DNA of 19,746 bases from positions 1-19,746 of the forward strand of contig JBEGVZ010000087.1 of assembly GCA_041178085.1 (NCBI GenBank), written 5' to 3'. A program made the translations under genes and the position numbers. This DNA comes from Pseudomonadota bacterium (lineage in GTDB: Bacteria > Bdellovibrionota_B > Oligoflexia > Oligoflexales > RGVZ01). Below are positions 1-8,681 of the stretch, one piece after another. The notes beneath the pieces are model-generated. The model was not told where the DNA came from. It ran no database searches and worked only from the letters and a program-made list of their open reading frames with translations. The stretch's first letter is position 1. Every line of letters begins with the position of its first letter.

Positions 1-1
1 C

Positions 2-226
2 GACCCGACCCTTGTTGCTGCATTGAACAGCGCCAAAAAAGAACTTGCGGACCGCAAGCCGGCTCTTGAGAAGATCATCAAGGAAATTTCTGAGGAAATC
101 GCCAGCCTGGAAAAGCACCGCGCCGAAAAAAAGAAGGAGCTGGAAAACGATCAGTCAGCAACCAAGATGGTCATCGACACGCTTCCACAAGGGTGCACCG
201 CTCTGGGTATTCGCCAAGCGACTTGA
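2..226 (+). CDS. 3' end of a hypothetical protein with a coiled-coil-like C-terminus (truncated by the window start)
   Basis: The frame is open from base 2 (DPTLVAALNSAKKELADRK...LEKIIKEISEEIASLEKHRAEKKKELE) to TGA at 224-226. It has an E/K-rich heptad pattern and is followed by a terminator. Confidence 0.7.
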   Translation, partial: DPTLVAALNSAKKELADRKPALEKIIKEISEEIASLEKHRAEKKKELENDQSATKMVIDTLPQGCTALGIRQAT

Positions 227-262
227 GCGGCACACAAGGTTGAATCCGAAGTCCAGAAAACC

Positions 263-297
263 AACCAGCCCATGGGAAGTCCTGGGCTGGTTTTTTT
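263..297. terminator. Rho-independent terminator, probably bidirectional, between convergent genes
   Basis: AACCAGCCCA (263-272) pairs with TGGGCTGGTT (283-292). A T7 run follows on + (291-297), and an A-rich run at 257-264 gives a minus-strand U tail. Confidence 0.8.
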
Positions 298-2126
298 CAT
301 CCACCCCAGCTTGCAAGATGGGCTTCTGCGCTGTCCCCCATCGCAACCTCGCCCGTCGGGAAATACTCTTTCCACCTGCGGTCAACCAGCAATGATGTTT
401 GTTCGTCACAAAAAAGCTCTTCCGGATACCATGGCTTCATGCGCGCATCGAGCACAACCGGACCTTCGTACTCAACCTTGTTGCGCCCCAGGCTCGTGCG
501 GGCTGCATGCAGGTCGCTCTGTGGATTGAAACGAGTAAACGCCGTCCAAATGAACGATGGCTCGTTCCGCGTGGCACGTTTTGCGTTGTCGACCGCGACA
601 ATCAGGGGCCAGTCCTTGAATTCAGGCAACGCGGCGATCTGAGCTGCACAGTTGGGTGAATCCTTGTACCCAGGGACTTCGACGACCAGACACCCAGGGC
701 AGAAGACCCTGACGTCCCGGATCCGCGAGTCACTCACGACGCCACTCCACTCAACCGGCAAACGACGGACCGGATCGCCAAGCCCCAGGATGACTCCCTT
801 GCTGCCTTTGTTAAGTTCAGGCCCGGCATAATCAAGGGTATCCATGGAGGTCTCAGAGAAAATCAGCAAGTCCTTTCGCCAGTCGACACGCTCCAGAACA
901 TGAGCCAGCACGCGGGAGAATTCACGCAGCGGAATTGGCTTGTCAATCGCCAGCAGGAACTTGGTGAGCGCCAATTGCCCTTCACCCAGAATCCTGAAAA
1001 CAGAAGACAAGGATTCACGGCCGTAGCGTTCCTTGATAACTGCCGACGCCAGCGCATGATATCCCGACTCGCCGTAACTCCACAGGTCACGCACAGCCGG
1101 CATCACCACCGGAAAAAGCGGCGAGAGAAGCTCGGTCAGATAATCACCAAGATAAAAATCTTCCTGCCTGGGCTTGCCCACCACTGTGCACGGGAAAATA
1201 GCATCTTCCCGGTGATAAATTGCCTTCGGACGGAAAACCGGAAAATCGTGAACCCAGGAATAGTAACCGTAATGGTCGCCAAACGGCCCCTCAGGACGCC
1301 GAACGCCGGGAGGAATGAAGCCTGAGAGGCAGAATTCCGCTTCGGCGATGCCAGTGAGTTCCGGCTGCGCCGGCAGTTTGCAGCGGCGCAATTTGGAATT
1401 TTGCAGCAGCGACGCCAGAAGAAGTTCGGGCACATTTTCTGGCAGTGGCGCAATTGCCGACAGGATCATCGCCGGCGGCCCACCAAGATAAACATTCACA
1501 GGCAGCGGCTTTCCGGCTTTCTCTGCTTCGTGTAAGTGAAAACCAGCCCCTTTTCCGATCTGGAAATGCATCCCGGCTTCACCCGGCTCGAAGATCTGCA
1601 CACGATACATGCCAAGGTTTTCCGGTTTGCCGCCCCAGCCCGGGGTGTGAACAAGCGGCAGCGTCAGGAAAGGCCCACCGTCTTTTTCCCAGCTCGTTGT
1701 CGCCGGCAAGCGGGTCAAGTCTGCGCTGGGAACTTGACGAGCCAAAACCGGGGCTCGCGAGGAAACCTTGAATCCGATGCGCGCGGCCTTCAGGCCTAGA
1801 TCGCGCAAGCCCCAGATCTTGCGAACGGAAGGTGGCAACAACTCTTCGGGCAAGGCTGCCACACGCCGGACGAATTCCTTGGCTTCCTCGCCAAAGGCAA
1901 GGTCAACGCGGCTGCGCGTGCCAAACATGTTGCAGACAACGGGAAAATCCTTGCCCTTGACGTTACGAAACAGCAGCGCGGGCCCGTTGGCAGCGATCAC
2001 CCGGCGATGGATCTCCGGCAACTCAAGACGGGGATCAACCGGCGCGTCAATCTCGATCAGGTCTTTTCGCGCGCGCAAGGCATCAAGAAAGCTGCGCAGG
2101 TTAGTGAAGTTTGAAGCGTCTCCCAT
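297..2126 (-). CDS. ubiD: UbiD-family prFMN-dependent decarboxylase, long form (609 aa), MqnL-like
   Basis: UbiD motifs present: LRSFLDAL..., GPALLF.NV, NMFGT, DGGPFLTLP, NLGMYRVQ, EGPFGDHYGYY, VVGKPRQED, DTLDY. It carries an extra C-terminal region relative to the ~490-aa E. coli UbiD. Confidence 0.9.
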   Translation of the reverse strand: MGDASNFTNLRSFLDALRARKDLIEIDAPVDPRLELPEIHRRVIAANGPALLFRNVKGKDFPVVCNMFGTRSRVDLAFGEEAKEFVRRVAALPEELLPPSVRKIWGLRDLGLKAARIGFKVSSRAPVLARQVPSADLTRLPATTSWEKDGGPFLTLPLVHTPGWGGKPENLGMYRVQIFEPGEAGMHFQIGKGAGFHLHEAEKAGKPLPVNVYLGGPPAMILSAIAPLPENVPELLLASLLQNSKLRRCKLPAQPELTGIAEAEFCLSGFIPPGVRRPEGPFGDHYGYYSWVHDFPVFRPKAIYHREDAIFPCTVVGKPRQEDFYLGDYLTELLSPLFPVVMPAVRDLWSYGESGYHALASAVIKERYGRESLSSVFRILGEGQLALTKFLLAIDKPIPLREFSRVLAHVLERVDWRKDLLIFSETSMDTLDYAGPELNKGSKGVILGLGDPVRRLPVEWSGVVSDSRIRDVRVFCPGCLVVEVPGYKDSPNCAAQIAALPEFKDWPLIVAVDNAKRATRNEPSFIWTAFTRFNPQSDLHAARTSLGRNKVEYEGPVVLDARMKPWYPEELFCDEQTSLLVDRRWKEYFPTGEVAMGDSAEAHLASWGG

Positions 2127-2358
2127 GGGGGGAAGTCATAATGCAACCGCTCGCTACCGCCAACCTGTCAATTTCTTGTACAGGCACCATTGATTTCAGG
2201 CACCAGTCAGACCCCAAAACCGGTTCCATGCGCTTCGTTGCAAGGACGGGTACCGCCTCCTTTGGCCACAATTGAGGGACCTCAAAGTATCGGAATCAAT
2301 AAGATATTTGCTATCCGATCCGGCTGTGGCCGGGTCGATCCTCCTGGCCGACTCAACC

Positions 2359-2375
2359 TTGGCCTGCAGCTTGCT
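2359..2375 (+). promoter_or_regulatory. Candidate sigma54 (-24/-12) promoter for the Lys/His-rich gene
   Basis: TTGGCCTGCAGCTTGCT: GG at 2361-62, exactly 10 nt, then GC at 2373-74 within TTGCT. Close to the consensus YTGGCACGRNNNTTGCW. Confidence 0.55.
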
Positions 2376-2490
2376 CCAGAGTCCACGGGGCGGGAGCGGT
2401 CCCGCCCGAAGTTCTCCTTACAGAAAAGGAGTCAACTTGAGTTCTGTTCAGATGAAGCGGCTGTGGTTCAAGCGGAAAGCGGAGGGTTCC

Positions 2491-2853
2491 ATGCGGAGCG
2501 GTAAAAGAACGTCAGGTAAACTTAAGAAGCATTTAATGACTGCCCTGATCGGCACATTGGGGCTGGCAGGCATTGCAGGAGCAGGTTACGTGACCTGGTC
2601 TGCACTTCAAGACAGTCCGGGCAAGCGCCCATCGCACGTCTACCAAGAACCGTCCAGAAAACACGTCAGTGTGGCGAGTGCCCAAAAGGGTAACCACAAG
2701 TCGAAGTCGTCGAAGACCATGAAACGAGGCACGTCCTGTAAAATCACCAAGTCAGCCAAGCACAAAACTTCACGGCATAAGTTGAAGAAGCATGTGGCTG
2801 CAAAGAAGGGCAAAAAAGGCAAGCACGCGAAAGGTTCAAAATACGCCCACTGA
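2491..2853 (+). CDS. Hypothetical 120-aa single-TM protein with a Lys/His-rich basic tail
   Basis: GGAGG at 2481-85 precedes ATG 2491; an alternative start is TTG 2437 after AAGGAG. A hydrophobic segment LMTALIGTLGLAGIAGAGYVTW is followed by the tail ...KHKTSRHKLKKHVAAKKGKKGKHAKGSKYAH and a strong terminator. Confidence 0.75.
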   Translation: MRSGKRTSGKLKKHLMTALIGTLGLAGIAGAGYVTWSALQDSPGKRPSHVYQEPSRKHVSVASAQKGNHKSKSSKTMKRGTSCKITKSAKHKTSRHKLKKHVAAKKGKKGKHAKGSKYAH

Positions 2854-2891
2854 GCCTTGCCCACACCGCCAGTTTGGTTGTCAAAACAGAG

Positions 2892-2927
2892 AGTTTCCGC
2901 GACAATAGGTTGCGGAAACTTTTTTTT
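2892..2927 (+). terminator. Rho-independent terminator
   Basis: AGTTTCCGCGAC-aatag-GTTGCGGAAACT forms a 12-bp stem with one G-U pair, then a T run at 2920-2927. Confidence 0.85.
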
Positions 2928-2947
2928 GCTGGCGGGACAACGGGCTG

Positions 2948-4030
2948 ATGAATCTCAGGAATCTCATGGCTGCGATCCTTTTGCTGGTGGCGATCCCGTC
3001 AGCGGTCCGTGCGGAGGACCCTCCGCCGCCTCCCCCGGTTGACAATCCCCCACCAGAGCCGCCACCTCCACCGGAACCAGACAGCGGACCTGAACCTGCT
3101 TACGAACCTCCGGGCTCGGGTGACTTTCCGACTTCCGGCGGACGCGCCCGGTCTGGCGGCTCAAAATTCAAGCCGGGCCAGAGCGCCAGTGACATGGATA
3201 AGGCGGAGGATGCGCCCGAGGAAGTCGACGACACGATCATCAAGGTGCCGCGCCCCCAACCCGCCAAACCACGCCCCGTGACGGCTGCGGAAAGAAAAAC
3301 TGCATGCGCTAAATACGAGGGCCGCTTCATCAGCTACTACAGCGAAATCTACAAAGTGGAAAAATGCTCACGACGGCAGGTCCAGGACCCGGCAACCCTG
3401 CAACGGCTGATGCGGGGCACCACCAGTATTGTTGAAGTCGAAGTTCCCGTCATCGCTGCCCTGCCGCCCGGTGCTCCCTTAGTTGCGGCCGCGAAGGCCA
3501 GACGCGGATGCCGTCAGCTTGAGGGCAAGTTTGTTTCGTTTTCCTACACCGATGTTTACCTGGTGCAAAAATGCCATCGCCGCATGTTCCCTGACTGGGA
3601 GACGTTCACGACCTTCAAGAAAAAGAAGCCTGGCAAGACGGCAGCCAGCGGCGACATCCTTGCATTGACCGAGGACGAGTTCTACGGACTGCCCCAAGGC
3701 CCGGACATGCCCTCTGCTGTGGACATTGAATTCTTGAAGCAATACGACCGGACAAAATCGATCGACATCATTCCAATCGACGAAGCTTGCCGTGGAATCG
3801 AGGGCAAGGTGGTTTCGTTTTATTCGAAGCTCTACAAGATTGAGAAGTGTCGCAAACGCGAAATGAACGCAGAACTCGCAACCATGCGCAATCCATCGCT
3901 CAAGCCGCGGGAGCTGACTCCAGAACAGTGGATTTCCTTGCCGGATGGCAAAAGTCTGATCGACGAAAAATCAGGCGGACGTCAGCAAAAACCACAGCAG
4001 TACAAACCGCTACCGCACACCGGCGGATGA
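2948..4030 (+). CDS. Secreted Pro-rich protein with three tandem Cys-paired repeat domains
   Basis: Sec-type signal peptide (..IPSAVRA|ED), a poly-Pro/acidic linker, then three repeats C-x3-EG(R/K)(F/V)(I/V)S...Y-x-(V/I)-x-KC-x-(R/K)R...LPxG. Confidence 0.8.
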   Translation: MNLRNLMAAILLLVAIPSAVRAEDPPPPPPVDNPPPEPPPPPEPDSGPEPAYEPPGSGDFPTSGGRARSGGSKFKPGQSASDMDKAEDAPEEVDDTIIKVPRPQPAKPRPVTAAERKTACAKYEGRFISYYSEIYKVEKCSRRQVQDPATLQRLMRGTTSIVEVEVPVIAALPPGAPLVAAAKARRGCRQLEGKFVSFSYTDVYLVQKCHRRMFPDWETFTTFKKKKPGKTAASGDILALTEDEFYGLPQGPDMPSAVDIEFLKQYDRTKSIDIIPIDEACRGIEGKVVSFYSKLYKIEKCRKREMNAELATMRNPSLKPRELTPEQWISLPDGKSLIDEKSGGRQQKPQQYKPLPHTGG

Positions 4031-4057
4031 CCCGCCAACCTGCCCGGGTTCAGCGCC

Positions 4058-4954
4058 TCATCCTGCCGGGAGCAGGGCGTCCTTGATCCGCCGGTTCATC
4101 AAATTGCGCGACAACCAAAAAGTCTCTGCCAAACGCGCGGCCAGGTCATGCGCCGGATCCGAGGCTGCAATCTCGCGCCGGACGAGGGACAGCGGGGCCA
4201 ACAACTCCAGCGCGAAGACATTTGCCTCGACTGCCGCAAGATGATCGTTGAGGGGAAGCGGCAAACTGCTGCGCCCGGGATTGGCGATGTCCTTGAGCAG
4301 TCCCGGGGCCATGCCGCGCGCCGAGTCAAAGCGGACATACGGCCGCTGATTTCGCAACTCCGGAAGATAAAACGGCGGTGACTCGAAGCCGCTTGCCTGG
4401 TGGACTGCCCTGACCTTGTCGACGATTGCCGGCCGGTTGATCCGGCAATGCTGCCTTGCCAGCAGTTCACGTTCTGCCGTCCACTGCCCGGGATGGGCCT
4501 GACGAAGCGATTCAATCGCTGCCTCAACGACCGTTGGATCCAACTCGAAAGGGCCGTAGCCTTTGACCTCGCACACACCCTCTTCCGCATCCATGTCGCC
4601 GCTGATCACCGCGGCGACGATCCATTCCTGAACGGATAATTTTGCCGCGAGGGCGCGGAGTGCATTGAGCGAGCGGATCTGCTTGCGCCCTTTTTTCCAG
4701 TGCGTGCACTCGGCCGGGTCAAGTTCAAGCAACTCCCCAACGTGCTGATCCATGATCCGCACGCCTGGGCGACGCAGACCAAGAACCATTCGACAAAACT
4801 GGAACAACTCCATTGAGGCCCGGAAGCGCCCTGCCGCCGGGTCTGCTTCTGGCACCCGGACAGCCCCGGACACATCCCCTGAAAGGCCTGCGGGACAGGG
4901 TTTTTGAGGCTTCGATGAAATCGCTGGAACGTCTGGTCCGGAAACTTCGGGCAT
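4058..4954 (-). CDS. XRE-like HTH protein with a degenerate ImmA/IrrE-like C-terminal domain
   Basis: AGGAG RBS before ATG 4954. HTH-like segment DQHVGELLELDPAECTHWKKGRKQI. The C-terminus EANVFALELLAP...LAETFWLSRNLMNRRI resembles ImmA/IrrE tails. No HExxH motif is present. Confidence 0.6.
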   Translation of the reverse strand: MPEVSGPDVPAISSKPQKPCPAGLSGDVSGAVRVPEADPAAGRFRASMELFQFCRMVLGLRRPGVRIMDQHVGELLELDPAECTHWKKGRKQIRSLNALRALAAKLSVQEWIVAAVISGDMDAEEGVCEVKGYGPFELDPTVVEAAIESLRQAHPGQWTAERELLARQHCRINRPAIVDKVRAVHQASGFESPPFYLPELRNQRPYVRFDSARGMAPGLLKDIANPGRSSLPLPLNDHLAAVEANVFALELLAPLSLVRREIAASDPAHDLAARLAETFWLSRNLMNRRIKDALLPAG

Positions 4955-5084
4955 GACCGGCTCCTGGCCGCAAATCGTTATTGCTTCCGGCTACTTACCA
5001 CTGTGTTCAGGCATCCGTCAATTAACGCAAAAAACCATAAAAAAAGCTGATCTAACGGCAGAAACCTCCGATAAGATAGAGGGG

Positions 5085-5113
5085 TTGACAGAAGGCGTAC
5101 CCGGACCAATGGT
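5085..5113 (+). promoter_or_regulatory. Possible sigma70-family promoter for clpS-clpA
   Basis: Perfect TTGACA at 5085-5090, but only a weak -10 (AATGGT, 5108-13) at 17-bp spacing. Confidence 0.3.
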
Positions 5114-5136
5114 GAAGGGACGGGACAGAGGTAAAA

Positions 5137-5490
5137 ATGACGGAAAAGTTACCAGTCATCAGGGGAAACAGCGGACAGGGCGAAGGTGGCGGCCAGTCCG
5201 GCACCTCGGTTATCACCGAGCGCAAGGTGCAAGCCCGCTCGCCGGCGCTGTACCGGGTGCTGTTGCACAACGATGACTACACCCCAATGGAATTCGTGGT
5301 GATGATCCTGGAAACGTTCTTCAACAAGGACCGGACCGTCGCCACCGAGATCATGTTGAGTGTGCATACGAAGGGTGTCGGCGTGTGCGGAGTTTTCCCG
5401 TTTGAAATCGCCGAAACCAAGGTTGCGCTGGTGATGGAGTGTGCCCGCGAAAACGAGCACCCCTTGCAGTGCACGATGGAAAAGGTTTGA
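5137..5490 (+). CDS. clpS: ATP-dependent Clp protease adaptor ClpS
   Basis: Motifs [39 protein letters not shown] and EHPLQCTME; lies directly upstream of clpA. Confidence 0.97.
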   Translation: MTEKLPVIRGNSGQGEGGGQSGTSVITERKVQARSPALYRVLLHNDDYTPMEFVVMILETFFNKDRTVATEIMLSVHTKGVGVCGVFPFEIAETKVALVMECARENEHPLQCTMEKV

Positions 5491-5596
5491 GGGGTGTCCA
5501 GCCGCGCCGGCTTGCTTCAAGTGGGCGCGGGGTTTGCAAGTGGGGGTCTTGCGGGCGCAAGACCTGCACAGGTGCGATGGCGAAAGTGAGGGGCTT

Positions 5597-7993
5597 ATGA
5601 TCAGCCATGAACTTGAAGTCAGCTTGAACCTGGCCGTGAGCGAGGCCGCACGACGCGGTCACGAATACGTCACGGTCGAGCATGTGCTCTTCGCACTTTT
5701 ACAAAACGACACGGCGGCCAAGGCGCTGCGCGCTTGCGGCGGGTCCCTCGATTTCACCCGGCAAAAACTTGAAGAGTTCTTTGACGAACACATCCCGCCG
5801 GGAACCTTGCGTCCTGGCCAGATGCCGCAACCGACCATCGGCTTTCAGCGGGTGATCCAGCGAGCCGCGCAGCATGTGCGGGCCGCGGGCAAGGAAAAGA
5901 TCAAGGGCGAGAACATCCTTGTAGCCCTGTTCTCTGAGCGCGATTCCTTCGCAGTTTACTTTCTGCAGCAGCAACACATCAGCCGTTTTGATGTCATCAA
6001 CTTCATTTCACATGGCATCTCGAAAACCGGTGATGAGGGGCAAAACGACACCCCGGAAGAGTCGGATGGAGCAGATGCACGCGCGAACAACCGCTCTGGC
6101 GGTACACCGCGCATCGGTTCCGGCGACCCCTCGCGTCATGAACAGGAACGCAGCGAACCCCATCGTGAAGAAGAGGACGAATCCGAAAGCGGTCCGGCGG
6201 AACGCCAGTCTGGTCGTGATCCTCTGGCCCTGTACGCAGTTGACTTGTGCGCCCGCGCGAAGGAAGGACATATCGATCCGCTGGTGGGGCGCGACGCTGA
6301 AATCGAACGCACGGTGCAGGTGCTCTGCCGGCGCCGGAAAAACAACCCACTGCTGGTCGGTGACGCGGGGGTCGGTAAAACCGCAATTGCGGAAGGACTT
6401 GCTCTGCGCATCACCGAAGATCGCGTACCAGCCCCTTTAAAGGGCGCCTCGATCTATGCGCTCGACATGGGCAGCTTGCTGGCAGGCTCCCGGTTCCGCG
6501 GCGATTTTGAGCAGCGCCTCAAGGGTGTCCTGTCCTCGCTGAAAAAGAAAAAGAACGCGATACTTTTCATTGACGAGATCCACACCGTGATCGGCGCCGG
6601 ATCCGTAAGCGGCGGTACTCTCGACGCATCGAACCTGCTCAAGCCGTCCCTGGCCAACGGCACACTCCGCTGCATTGGGTCGACCACCTTCAAGGAATTC
6701 CGCAGTCACTTTGAAAACGATCACGCCCTGGTGCGCCGTTTCCAGAAGATCGATGTGGAGGAACCTTCCATCGATGACACGGTTGCGATTCTCAAAGGCT
6801 TGAAGTCACGCTACGAAGAACATCACAAGGTCCGCTACTCCAGCGACGCGATCCGGGCTGCGGTAGAGCTGTCTGCCCGTTATTTGCGCGATAAGAAGCT
6901 GCCCGACAAGGCCATCGACGTGATCGATGAAGTTGGCTCGGCGGCTGCACTTGCACGTGACCCGGCGAAGGCCCAGAAACCGCGGAACATCACCGTCGAC
7001 GATGTACAGGTTGTCGTCGCCAAGATGGCACGCATCCCGCCGCAAAAGGTTTCCAACTCCGACAAGACCCAGCTCAAAGAGCTCGACTCACGCCTGAAAT
7101 CGGTCGTCTTTGGCCAGGACGAAGCCATCGATGCACTGGCCGCAGCGATTAAGTTGTCGCGCTCTGGACTTGGCTCCAGCGAGAAACCAATCGGCAGCTT
7201 CCTGTTCGCCGGACCGACCGGCGTCGGCAAGACTGAAGTCGCCAAGCAGTTGGCCAGTATCCTGGGAATCGAATTCATCCGCTTTGACATGAGCGAGTAC
7301 ATGGAACGGCACACCGTTTCGCGATTGATCGGGGCGCCCCCCGGTTATGTCGGCTTCGATCAGGGTGGACTGTTGACGGATGCCATCAACAAGACGCCGC
7401 ACGCTGTCTTGCTCTTCGACGAGATTGAGAAAGCGCACGGCGACCTGCAGAACATCCTGCTTCAGGTGATGGACCACGGGACCCTGACCGACAACAACGG
7501 ACGCCAGACGGACTTCCGCAATACGATCATCATCATGACCACCAATGCAGGTGCCCGAGAGCTGCTCCACGGGTCGATTGGCTTTACGCGCGGCGCCGGG
7601 GTAAACCCTGGCCAGGCGGAAAAAGGCGATCTTGAAGCCGTGAAAAATGCCTTCTCGCCGGAATTTCGTAACCGCCTGGACAGCGTGATCTACTTCCAGT
7701 CGCTGCCACGCCAGGTGGTTTTGTCGATCGTGGACAAATTCACCGGTGAGGTCGTTTCAAAGCTCGCAGCCAAGAAAGTCGCCGTGACAATCGACGATGC
7801 AGCGCGCAACTACCTGGCTGACAAGGGTTTTGATCCTTCATTCGGGGCCCGCCCTCTGGCGCGGTTGATCCAAAACGAAATTGCCCGCCCCCTTGCGGAT
7901 GAAGTCTTGTTCGGAAAGCTTGCAAAGGGCGGAGCCGTAAAGATCACAGTCAGCGACGACGCGGGAGCGAGGAAGCTTTCGTTTACTTTCTGA
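5597..7993 (+). CDS. clpA: ATP-dependent Clp protease ATP-binding subunit ClpA (798 aa)
   Basis: Starts [10 protein letters not shown] after GAGGGG. N-domain HEYVTVEH. First AAA+ module [14 protein letters not shown], second [15 protein letters not shown]. Also [15 protein letters not shown], the IGF ClpP-docking loop and FGARPL. No ClpB/ClpC middle domain. Confidence 0.97.
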   Translation: MISHELEVSLNLAVSEAARRGHEYVTVEHVLFALLQNDTAAKALRACGGSLDFTRQKLEEFFDEHIPPGTLRPGQMPQPTIGFQRVIQRAAQHVRAAGKEKIKGENILVALFSERDSFAVYFLQQQHISRFDVINFISHGISKTGDEGQNDTPEESDGADARANNRSGGTPRIGSGDPSRHEQERSEPHREEEDESESGPAERQSGRDPLALYAVDLCARAKEGHIDPLVGRDAEIERTVQVLCRRRKNNPLLVGDAGVGKTAIAEGLALRITEDRVPAPLKGASIYALDMGSLLAGSRFRGDFEQRLKGVLSSLKKKKNAILFIDEIHTVIGAGSVSGGTLDASNLLKPSLANGTLRCIGSTTFKEFRSHFENDHALVRRFQKIDVEEPSIDDTVAILKGLKSRYEEHHKVRYSSDAIRAAVELSARYLRDKKLPDKAIDVIDEVGSAAALARDPAKAQKPRNITVDDVQVVVAKMARIPPQKVSNSDKTQLKELDSRLKSVVFGQDEAIDALAAAIKLSRSGLGSSEKPIGSFLFAGPTGVGKTEVAKQLASILGIEFIRFDMSEYMERHTVSRLIGAPPGYVGFDQGGLLTDAINKTPHAVLLFDEIEKAHGDLQNILLQVMDHGTLTDNNGRQTDFRNTIIIMTTNAGARELLHGSIGFTRGAGVNPGQAEKGDLEAVKNAFSPEFRNRLDSVIYFQSLPRQVVLSIVDKFTGEVVSKLAAKKVAVTIDDAARNYLADKGFDPSFGARPLARLIQNEIARPLADEVLFGKLAKGGAVKITVSDDAGARKLSFTF

Positions 7994-8013
7994 AAGCCTC
8001 CTGAACTTGCGCC

Positions 8014-8063
8014 AGTAAGGCTCGGCACGCTGCCTTCCAGGCACGCGCCGGGCCTTCGTTACT
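8014..8063. other. Long GC-rich hairpin downstream of clpA (terminator or mRNA-stabilising stem)
   Basis: AAGGCTCGGCACGCTGCCT (8017-8035) pairs imperfectly with AGGCACGCGCCGGGCCTT (8039-8056), extendable through AGTA/TACT. No strong U tract. Confidence 0.5.
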
Positions 8064-8220
8064 CCGGCCAAGAAAACTATTTTCCTTGTAATTCCGGACT
8101 TATAGCTACCAGTCCCTGAGGAAGGGCCAGGTTAAAATCCCGTCGGCTCCATTGGAGGCTGATTGGAATTGGACCTCATCTGCTTATTTTTTAGGCAAAT
8201 CGGACCTTGATTGGCCCCCG

Positions 8221-8237
8221 CCGGCACGGTATACGCT
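8221..8237 (+). promoter_or_regulatory. Candidate sigma54 promoter for the 8272 lipoprotein
   Basis: CCGGCACGGTATACGCT: GGCACG -24 box, with GG(8223-24)-N10-GC(8235-36), about 35 nt before the ATG. The TT before the -12 GC is missing. Confidence 0.4.
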
Positions 8238-8271
8238 GCCCACGGTAAGAATGACGATCGGGGGTAAGACC

Positions 8272-8667
8272 ATGAAATCCAAATATCTCGTTTCCGCCAC
8301 CTTGGCATTTGCCGCAATCAGCGCGCTCCTCACATCCTGCGGCCCCGGCGACCCCCTTGAACGTCCAAAAGATCACAAATATGAATTCGTGGTCGAAAAC
8401 CAGTCCAACCAACCAGTGAAGATATCGGCGGATGCTTACTACGGCGGATACTGCGATCGCGGTTACGTCACGGCTATCATCCCCCCGAAATCCAAGGAAA
8501 AAGTGAAAATCACCTTCGCAGGCTGTGTCAACGGCGGCGGTGAGAGAGTTGACTCCCTGTCCTTAACCATGGATCCGGAAAAACGGGACTACGTCCAGTA
8601 CCCGGTCAGCGGAAGCAAGATCGTGTGCACGGATGAAAATGGCTGCATCGTAAACCAGTCGAATTGA
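8272..8667 (+). CDS. Small lipoprotein (131 aa), beta-rich, four mature Cys
   Basis: MKSKYLVSATLAFAAISALLTS|C lipobox after a G-rich RBS. The segment YEFVVENQSNQPVKI suggests a beta-sandwich. Confidence 0.8.
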   Translation: MKSKYLVSATLAFAAISALLTSCGPGDPLERPKDHKYEFVVENQSNQPVKISADAYYGGYCDRGYVTAIIPPKSKEKVKITFAGCVNGGGERVDSLSLTMDPEKRDYVQYPVSGSKIVCTDENGCIVNQSN

Positions 8668-8681
8668 CGAATCTGTTCTGA

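Noticed and set aside
2135..2171. Minus-strand TTGACA (2171-2166) as the ubiD -35 box
   Set aside because: No acceptable -10 at 16-18 bp; the nearest candidate (CATTAT) is 22 bp away.
2272..2436. 193-aa version of the Lys/His-rich ORF
   Set aside because: The TTG start has no RBS and runs through the promoter-like region; starts at 2491 or 2437 have SD sequences.
3018..3110. C-rich short repeats (also 19505-19625) as DNA repeat or CRISPR arrays
   Set aside because: Explained by Pro- and Ser/Pro-rich coding; no constant repeat-spacer periodicity and no cas genes.
5441..5596. 52-aa N-terminal extension of ClpA in the ORF track
   Set aside because: It overlaps clpS. The ClpA N-domain begins at MISHEL (5597), which has an RBS.
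8190..8250. GGCAAA-containing leader as a c-di-GMP-I riboswitch
   Set aside because: It lacks the GNRA-capped P2 stem and the following GGACGCAAAGC-type core.
8152..8271. Extended N-terminus of the lipoprotein
   Set aside because: The lipoprotein signal peptide works only from ATG 2 codons into MKSKY at 8272; the extension would bury it.
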